DNA from: an uncultured Actinomycetota bacterium
GTDB lineage: Bacteria > Actinomycetota > Actinomycetes > JAHEKZ01
Assembly (NCBI GenBank): GCA_963718235.1
Contig: CAVQYR010000001.1
Coordinates: 1,984,001-2,048,000 of the forward strand
DNA: 64,000 nt
Reading direction: 5' to 3'
Below, in pieces: positions 57,443-64,000 of the stretch (position 1 is its first letter; each line of letters opens with the position of its first letter). The position numbers were made by a program, and so were the translations under genes. Under the pieces are notes generated by a model, which made no database searches, was not told the DNA's origin, and saw only the letters and a program-made list of their open reading frames with translations.

Positions 57443-59499
57443 GCCAGCACGACGAGGTCGTCACCCACGCACACGTCCGCACGGTCTCCATCGGCGAGGG
57501 TCATCAGATCGCCCTGATCACCCTCGACAACGGCTTCGACCACACCAAGCCCAACACCTTCGGTCCCGCCGGGCTCGCCGAGCTCGACGCGGCCCTCGAG
57601 CAGGTGCACCAGATGGTGCACCGTCGAGAGATCACGGCCGTGGCGCTCACCGGCAAGCCGTTCAACTTCTGCGCCGGCGCCGACCTCAAGGCGTTCCGGC
57701 AGATGTCCAGCCGCGAGGAGGTGCTCGACATCGCCAGGCTCGGCCACAGGGTGTTCCGACGGCTCGGCGAGCTGGGCGTCCCGTCGTTCGCCTTCGTCAA
57801 CGGCCTGGCGCTCGGCGGTGGCCTGGAGGTGGCACTGCACTGCACCTACCGGACACTGTCCAGCGGCCCTGGCTTCGTGGCTCTGCCCGAGGTGTTCCTC
57901 GGGCTCATCCCCGGCTGGGGTGGCACCTACCTGCTGCCGAACCTGGTCGGTCCCGAGCGGGCCGTGACCGTCGTCATCGAGAACCCGCTGAACACCAACC
58001 GGATGCTCAAGCCGGAACAGGCCGTCGAGCTCGGCGTGGTCGACGCGGTCTTCGAGCCGGCCGACTTCCTGGAGCAGTCCATCGCCTGGGCCGACGCCGT
58101 GCTGCACGGGGTGCTCGTCGTCGACCGCCCACCGGTCGACCGCCACGAGGCATGGGACGCCGCCCTGGCTCGCGGCCGCGCGATCGCCGACGCGCGCACC
58201 CGCGGAGTGCCCCCGGCTCCGTATCGAGCGCTCGAGCTGCTCGAGCGTGCGCGCCACGCGCACCGGGACGCCGCCTTCGAGGCTGAGGACGAGGCACTGG
58301 CCGACATGGCCACCAGCCCCGAGCTCGCCTCGAGCCTGTACGCCTTCGACCTGGTGCAGCGCCGCGCCAAGCGGCCGGTCGGTGTGCCCGACCGCTCCCT
58401 GGCCCGACCTGTCACCAAGGTCGGGATCGTCGGGGCCGGGCTGATGGCCGGTCAGCTGGCCCTGCTGTTCGCCCGGCAGCTCCAGGTGCCGGTCCACCTG
58501 ACCGACCTCGACCAAAGCCGCGTCGACAAGGGGCTCGCCTACGTGCGGGCCGAGGTCGACAAGCTGCACGACAAGGGGCGGGTCTCTGACGACACGGCCA
58601 ACCGGTTGAAGGCCCTGGTCTCAGGAGGCACCGACAAGTCCGCCTTCGCCGACGCCGACTTCGTCATCGAGGCGGTGTTCGAGGACCTCGCCGTGAAACA
58701 GCAGGTGTTCGCCGAGGTCGAGGCCGTGGTGAGCGACACCTGCGTGCTGGCCACGAACACGTCGTCCCTGTCGGTCACCGACATGGCGGCGAAGCTGGCT
58801 CACCCCGAACGCCTCGTGGGGTTCCACTTCTTCAACCCGGTGGCGGTCATGCAGCTGCTGGAGGTGGTTCGCGGCGAACGCACCGACGACCCGACGCTGG
58901 CCACCGCCTTCGCCGTGGCCAAGACGTTGAAGAAGTCCGCCGTGCTCGTCAAGGACGCGCCGGCGTTCGTGGTCAACCGGCTGTTGGCCAGGTTCCTGGG
59001 CGAGGTGTCGGCTGCGGTCGACGAAGGGACGCCGCTGGAGGTCGCCGACTCCGCCCTCGACCCGCTGGGACTGCCGATGTCCCCGTTCATGCTGCTCCAG
59101 CTGGTCGGCCCGGCAGTGGCCCTGCACGTGTCCGAGGTGATGCACGAGGCCTACCCCGAACGGTTCGCCGTCTCGGAGAACCTGGCCCGGGTGGTGGAGG
59201 CCGGCAAGACCGCCTTCTACACCTGGGACGGCGGCGACCAGCGGGTCGACCCCGACGTCCTGGCCCTCTTCCGCACCGGCGATGCGCCGTCCACCGCCGC
59301 GGAGGTTCGCGCACGGGTACTGGCGGCCCTGGCCGAGGAGATCGAGCTCATGCTGTCCGAGGGCGTGGTGGCCGAGCCGGAGGACATCGACCTGTGCCTC
59401 GTGCTGGGCGCCGGATGGCCGTTCTGGATCGGTGGGATCACCCCCTACCTCGACCGCACGGGAGTCTCGGCCGCGGTCACCGGCAAGACGTTCCACTGA
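57439..59499 (+). CDS. fadB: Multifunctional enoyl-CoA hydratase / 3-hydroxyacyl-CoA dehydrogenase
   Basis: FCAGADL, GGGLE, PE..LG.IPGWGG, GAGLM, EAVFE, TNTSSL, HFFNP, FVVNR motifs. ATGA overlap with the thiolase. Confidence 0.9.
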   Translation: MSQHDEVVTHAHVRTVSIGEGHQIALITLDNGFDHTKPNTFGPAGLAELDAALEQVHQMVHRREITAVALTGKPFNFCAGADLKAFRQMSSREEVLDIARLGHRVFRRLGELGVPSFAFVNGLALGGGLEVALHCTYRTLSSGPGFVALPEVFLGLIPGWGGTYLLPNLVGPERAVTVVIENPLNTNRMLKPEQAVELGVVDAVFEPADFLEQSIAWADAVLHGVLVVDRPPVDRHEAWDAALARGRAIADARTRGVPPAPYRALELLERARHAHRDAAFEAEDEALADMATSPELASSLYAFDLVQRRAKRPVGVPDRSLARPVTKVGIVGAGLMAGQLALLFARQLQVPVHLTDLDQSRVDKGLAYVRAEVDKLHDKGRVSDDTANRLKALVSGGTDKSAFADADFVIEAVFEDLAVKQQVFAEVEAVVSDTCVLATNTSSLSVTDMAAKLAHPERLVGFHFFNPVAVMQLLEVVRGERTDDPTLATAFAVAKTLKKSAVLVKDAPAFVVNRLLARFLGEVSAAVDEGTPLEVADSALDPLGLPMSPFMLLQLVGPAVALHVSEVMHEAYPERFAVSENLARVVEAGKTAFYTWDGGDQRVDPDVLALFRTGDAPSTAAEVRARVLAALAEEIELMLSEGVVAEPEDIDLCLVLGAGWPFWIGGITPYLDRTGVSAAVTGKTFH

Positions 59500-59506
59500 G
59501 GGTCCG

Positions 59507-60037
59507 GTGCGTGCCGATGGGGAGAAAGGCCGACGTCCAGTCCTGTTGCTGACCGGGGCCCCGGGAACCGGCAAGACGTCGGTGGCCATCCAGGTCGGGA
59601 GCGTGCTCGAAGCCCTTGGGCGTACCTACGCATTGGTCGACCTGGACTGGCTGGCCTGGTTCGACACCGGACCGGAGCAGGAGTCGGGCGCGGTTCACGC
59701 CATGCTGCTTCGCAACCTGCGCTCGGTGCTGGCGAACTACGCCGCCCTCTCGTTGGACTGCTATGTGCTGACCCGGGCGCTGCGCACCCAGGAGGAGCTG
59801 GACAGTGTCCGAGCGGTTGTCGGTGCGTCGACCACAGTCGTCGAGCTGCTCGTGCCCGTCGACGAGATCGCCCGTCGACTGGGGGACGACGTGACGTCGG
59901 CCCGCGGCGACGATCTGCGAGAGGGCGAGGAATGGCTCTCCGACCCGGACCGACCACAACCTGACCACCGGGTCGCCAACGACCAGCCCATCGCCGCCGT
60001 CGCGGCTCAGATCGTGGAGCAGATCGGCTGGCGGTGA
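59507..60037 (+). CDS. Small P-loop NTPase/kinase (AAA_33/adenylylsulfate-kinase-like)
   Basis: LLLTGAPGTGKTS Walker A, DLDWL. Confidence 0.7.
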   Translation: MRADGEKGRRPVLLLTGAPGTGKTSVAIQVGSVLEALGRTYALVDLDWLAWFDTGPEQESGAVHAMLLRNLRSVLANYAALSLDCYVLTRALRTQEELDSVRAVVGASTTVVELLVPVDEIARRLGDDVTSARGDDLREGEEWLSDPDRPQPDHRVANDQPIAAVAAQIVEQIGWR

Positions 60038-60041
60038 GCCC

Positions 60042-60986
60042 CTAGCTCGAACCCGCCGCGACGACCCGCGTGCCCGAGGGCATGGTGACCTGTCGGGACT
60101 GCCCCACCCGCCACAGCGTGACGGACTCCTCGCTCATCGGCACGACCACCCACCCCGACCTCGTCCAGGAGACCGTGGCACCGGGCTGCACGGACAGGTC
60201 GGGCACGAGGCGGAGCCCGGTGGCGACCGCGCCCACGGCCAGCCCCGCCGACCCGTCGGACAGGCGCCGGACGACGGCGGCCACCTGCGACCCGTCGGTC
60301 GAGGGCACCGGCCGACCGGAGTACACCGTGCCCTCAGGGGGCCGAAGCTCTCGTCGCTCACCGGTTCGGACGTCGACGACGTACATGGGGCACTCCCCCG
60401 CCCAGCACAGCCCGGTGGTCGTGACGAGCGGGCCACCCACGGCGAGCAGCGCACCCACGCGGCCGAGCCACCGCACCGCCTCCGGGGCGGTCGGGTCCCA
60501 CACGGCCAGTCGACGGTCGCGCTCACGACCGCTGGTCACCAGAAGCCCTTCCGGCACGGCACCCACGACCTCGAACCGGCGAGGTACGGCGAACACGGTG
60601 GTCTGCGAGGTGCCTGCACCGTGGGAGTAGGCAACTGACTCCGGCGATCCGGCCTCGTCCTCCTGCACCAGCCACACGCCGTCGCCGAGACCCGCGAAGA
60701 CCTGGTCGGCTCGGCCGAGCTGCCCGACCCCGTCCGGTCCGTAGGTGAGCACCTCAGGTGCCAGACCCTGGAGGCCAGCGGGCTGCTGGGCGATGATCTG
60801 CGAACCCTGGACGACCACGGTCGACGGGTCGGCAGCGCTGGACAGGTCGGTGATCCGGCCCGTGTCGACGTCCAGGCGTTGGAAGGATTCCCCAGCAAGG
60901 ACGAGGAACACCGATGTCCTGGGTGGGCCGGCCATCGACGGGACCACCTGGAGGAGGACGACGACCAGGAGACCGAGTCCGAGCAC
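60042..60986 (-). CDS. Hypothetical membrane-anchored protein, possible beta-propeller; N-terminus may extend to ~61115 via a frameshift
   Basis: Hydrophobic N-term. LDVDTG, VDVRTG and PSTDG repeats. Confidence 0.5.
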   Translation of the reverse strand: MLGLGLLVVVLLQVVPSMAGPPRTSVFLVLAGESFQRLDVDTGRITDLSSAADPSTVVVQGSQIIAQQPAGLQGLAPEVLTYGPDGVGQLGRADQVFAGLGDGVWLVQEDEAGSPESVAYSHGAGTSQTTVFAVPRRFEVVGAVPEGLLVTSGRERDRRLAVWDPTAPEAVRWLGRVGALLAVGGPLVTTTGLCWAGECPMYVVDVRTGERRELRPPEGTVYSGRPVPSTDGSQVAAVVRRLSDGSAGLAVGAVATGLRLVPDLSVQPGATVSWTRSGWVVVPMSEESVTLWRVGQSRQVTMPSGTRVVAAGSS

Positions 60987-61307
60987 CCACGGCCACCGCC
61001 GCAGCCACCACCTCAGCCACGCGAGGCGAGACGCCGGGCATCACGTCGGTTGACCGCCTCGCCGGCCGGTCGCCCACTCGCGGCTGGTCGCCGACGGCCA
61101 GCTCCTCCACCGTCATGGGTTCACGGTGTCGCCTCCGGACGCACGGGGCAACCGCAGCATCCGACCACGCGACGCCGTTCGGGAGGGCCCGACGATCGGT
61201 CGCTCCCGTGTGTCCGCCGATGGTCACCCACAGTCACTGTCCCGACCGGACGGGTACACCGTGGCAACCACCCGGTGCGCCCGGCCAGACCGGGCTACCG
61301 TGCCTGG

Positions 61308-62162
61308 ATGGCCCCATCCGTCGATCAGGCTCCAGGCGCGGTCACGTTGCGCCGCACCGTGCTCATGGTCTCGGTGCTCGACGGGGTCGATCTCCTGCCC
61401 GGCGACGACGGCATCGTGCTCCCCCCGACCGACCACGGGCCCTCGGTGACCTTGACCTGGTCGGAGGTCGCCCGCGCCGTCGGCTCCGCGTCGGCGGAGT
61501 CCACGACGGCTCGGGTTCGGGTGCGGACCTGGCTGCGCCTGCGACGCGCCCTGGCCGACCTGCTCGACCCGGCCACCCGAGCCCGGCCGGTGGGTCTGCC
61601 CGTCGACCACGTGCTGCACCCCGGGGCGAGCTGGGCGCGACACCGCGTGCTCGGCGGCGCCCTGCACCTCGGTACCGGCTTCGTCGGTTTGCTCGACGAC
61701 CCGGACGCAGTGGCCGTGCTCCCGCCGGGCCTGCTCGACGCAGCCGGGCTCGACGACCGGCCGTGGTGGCCGACCCTGGCCCGGTACCTCGAGGAGAAGG
61801 GGGCGGTGGCCGCCGACCGGGTCGCCCGCGATCCGGGTGGGCCACTTCGCCCGATCGGTGACTGCGACGTGCTGACCCTGTTGGGCTCCACCCGCTTCCG
61901 CGCCGCGCTGTGCGCCAGCGACCCACTCGGTCTGCGCACGGCCGCGGTGCCCATGCGTCGGCGTGGGTGGCTCGACCTGGGCCGAGTCGACCCGGCGTTC
62001 GCCGTGGCCGCTGCATGGGCGACCGACGACGTCGACCGAGGATTCACCCGGCCCGTACTCATCACCCGAGACGAGGTCGCTCTGGCTCCTGAGGGGGGCA
62101 ACCCACGTGAGCAGGCGCTGAGCGACCCGATGGGCAGCCTGGAGGCCTGGCAGCGCCGGTAG
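61308..62162 (+). CDS. Conserved actinobacterial hypothetical protein
   Basis: Coding-like ORF. ATG follows a TACCGT -10-like hexamer. No family recognised. Confidence 0.55.
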   Translation: MAPSVDQAPGAVTLRRTVLMVSVLDGVDLLPGDDGIVLPPTDHGPSVTLTWSEVARAVGSASAESTTARVRVRTWLRLRRALADLLDPATRARPVGLPVDHVLHPGASWARHRVLGGALHLGTGFVGLLDDPDAVAVLPPGLLDAAGLDDRPWWPTLARYLEEKGAVAADRVARDPGGPLRPIGDCDVLTLLGSTRFRAALCASDPLGLRTAAVPMRRRGWLDLGRVDPAFAVAAAWATDDVDRGFTRPVLITRDEVALAPEGGNPREQALSDPMGSLEAWQRR

Positions 62163-62201
62163 CGGTTCCGAGCCGGGGCCGGCGGCGGCCAGTGCAGGGG
62201 G

Positions 62202-64000
62202 CTAGCCGGGGTCGGAAGACGCGGTCTCGGTGCGAGCAGTGGCCTCAGCCTGCGCCGTCGCGTCGCGACGAGCCATCGCCTCGACCACCTCGCGGGAGAT
62301 GTCCTGAGCCGTGAGCCCGAGGCTCGCGAGGACCTCGGCCCGCTTGGCGTGGTCGAGGAACTGCTTGGGCACGCCGAACACCCGGACCGGGACCTCGACG
62401 TCTGCGTCCTGCAGCGCCTGGGTCACCGCCGCCCCCACGCCTCCGTCGCGCAGGCCGTCCTCGACACTGACGACGAACTGGTGGCGGCCGGCCAGGTCCA
62501 CCACCGCCGGGTCGACCGGAACGACCCAGCGCGGATCGACCACGGTGACCCCGATCCCCTGGTCGTTCAGCCGTCCGGCGACCTCCAGGGACAGGGCCGC
62601 CATCGGCCCCACCGCGAGGACGAGCACGTCCGGCTCGCCGTGCCGGTGCAGGACGTCGCAGCGACCGACCCGCTCGAGCGCAGGGACCTGCTGTGGCAGT
62701 GCTCCCTTGGGGTACCGGACGATCGTGGGCGCGTCGCTGACCGCCACTGCCTCGGCGAGCTGCTCGCGCAGCTGTGCTGCATCGCGCGGCGCGGCGATCG
62801 ACAGACCGGGAACGGCGGAGAACACCGCGAGGTCCCAGACGCCGTTGTGACTGGCCCCGTCGTCACCGGTGACGCCAGCCCGGTCGAGCACGAACGTGAC
62901 ACCCGCGCGGTGCAAGGCGACGTCCATGAGCACCTGGTCGAAGGCCCGGTTCAGGAAGGTGGCGTAGACGGCGACCACGGGGTGCAGCCCGGCGAAGGCG
63001 AGACCTGCCGCCGAGGTGGCTGCATGCTGCTCGGCGATGCCGACGTCGAACACCCGATCGGGGAACTCTCCCGCGAACGGCTCCAGACCGGTCGGCTGCA
63101 TCATGGCTGCGGTGATCGCCACGATGTCCGCGCGTTCGCGCCCGAGCTCGCACAGCGCCTCGCCGAAGGTCTGGGTCCAGCCCGGTGCGGAGGTGGTCAT
63201 CGGACGCCCCGTCACCGGGTCGATCACCCCGACCCCGTGGAACCGGTCGGCGTCGTCGTTCTCAGCCGGCGCGTAACCGCGCCCCTTCACGGTGATGACA
63301 TGCACGATGACTGGCCCACCGAAGGCACGGGCCCGGTGCAGCGCATGCTCCACCGCCAGCTGATCGTGTCCGTCGACCGGTCCGATGTACTTCAGCCCGA
63401 GGTCTTCGAACATCCCCTGAGGGGCCACGATGTCCTTCAGGCCCTTCTTCATCCCGTGCAACGTCTCGTACAGCGGCGGCCCGACCACCGGTGTGCGCCC
63501 GAGCACCTGCTTGCCCCACTCCAGGAACCGTTCGTACCCACGGGTGGTCCGCAGCGTCGCCAGGTGGTTGGCGAGACCGCCGATCGTCGGAGCGTACGAC
63601 CGCTCGTTGTCGTTGACGACCACGATCACCGGGCGGTCCGGCGCTGCGGCGATGTTGTTCAGCGCCTCCCAGGCCATGCCACCGGTCAGTGCGCCGTCGC
63701 CGATGATGCCGACGACCGCCCGCCGGTCGAGCTCTCCGCGTAGCTGTAGGCCCTTGGCGATGCCGTCGGCGTACGACAGAGCAGTGGAGGCGTGGCTGTT
63801 CTCGATGACGTCGTGCTCGGACTCCGACCGCGAGGGGTACCCCGACAGGCCCCCTCGCTGCTTCAGCTGGGAGAAGTCGTGTCGTCCGGTGACGATCTTG
63901 TGGACGTAGGCCTGGTGCCCGGTGTCCCAGAGCAGCACGTCGTCCGGGCTGGAGAAGACCCGGTGCAGGGCCAGGGTCAGCTCGACCGCGCCCAGGTTGG
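62202..64000 (-). CDS. dxs: 1-deoxy-D-xylulose-5-phosphate synthase; N-terminus outside the window
   Basis: [75 protein letters not shown] motifs. Confidence 0.97.
   Translation of the reverse strand, partial: NLGAVELTLALHRVFSSPDDVLLWDTGHQAYVHKIVTGRHDFSQLKQRGGLSGYPSRSESEHDVIENSHASTALSYADGIAKGLQLRGELDRRAVVGIIGDGALTGGMAWEALNNIAAAPDRPVIVVVNDNERSYAPTIGGLANHLATLRTTRGYERFLEWGKQVLGRTPVVGPPLYETLHGMKKGLKDIVAPQGMFEDLGLKYIGPVDGHDQLAVEHALHRARAFGGPVIVHVITVKGRGYAPAENDDADRFHGVGVIDPVTGRPMTTSAPGWTQTFGEALCELGRERADIVAITAAMMQPTGLEPFAGEFPDRVFDVGIAEQHAATSAAGLAFAGLHPVVAVYATFLNRAFDQVLMDVALHRAGVTFVLDRAGVTGDDGASHNGVWDLAVFSAVPGLSIAAPRDAAQLREQLAEAVAVSDAPTIVRYPKGALPQQVPALERVGRCDVLHRHGEPDVLVLAVGPMAALSLEVAGRLNDQGIGVTVVDPRWVVPVDPAVVDLAGRHQFVVSVEDGLRDGGVGAAVTQALQDADVEVPVRVFGVPKQFLDHAKRAEVLASLGLTAQDISREVVEAMARRDATAQAEATARTETASSDPG

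Overview
High-GC Actinomycetota chromosome segment, mostly housekeeping genes: hut, pab-like genes, tRNAs Val/Gly/Cys/Val, zapE, ligC and its primase-polymerase, msrB, hemE/Y/Q, a whiI-like regulator, rnd, efeU, fadA/fadB and dxs. A ~20 kb accessory block follows the tRNA-Gly-Cys-Val cluster. It starts with a 1532-aa secreted beta-propeller/NHL protein. Next is a complete aminoacetone/aminopropanol-utilisation (RMM/AAU-type) bacterial microcompartment operon on the minus strand: class-III PLP enzyme, acylating aldehyde dehydrogenase, 2 BMC-T, BMC-H, BMC-P, kinase, SDR and GntR. A divergent plus-strand operon encodes an APC permease (heavily frameshifted), an acetamidase/formamidase, a GlcG-type heme protein, a B12-dependent diol-dehydratase homologue with fused large+medium subunits, its small subunit, and a reactivase alpha subunit. 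The most notable signal is in this dehydratase. By gap-free comparison with the Klebsiella enzyme as I recall it, it keeps the catalytic residues but carries Ser301->Asp and Gln336->Ala in the pocket that binds the substrate's C3 substituent. This suggests an amino-diol rather than propanediol/glycerol as substrate, i.e. a possible amide -> amino-diol -> aminoacetone feeder route into the microcompartment (hypothesis). All family assignments come from motif recognition and recall; no database searches were run.
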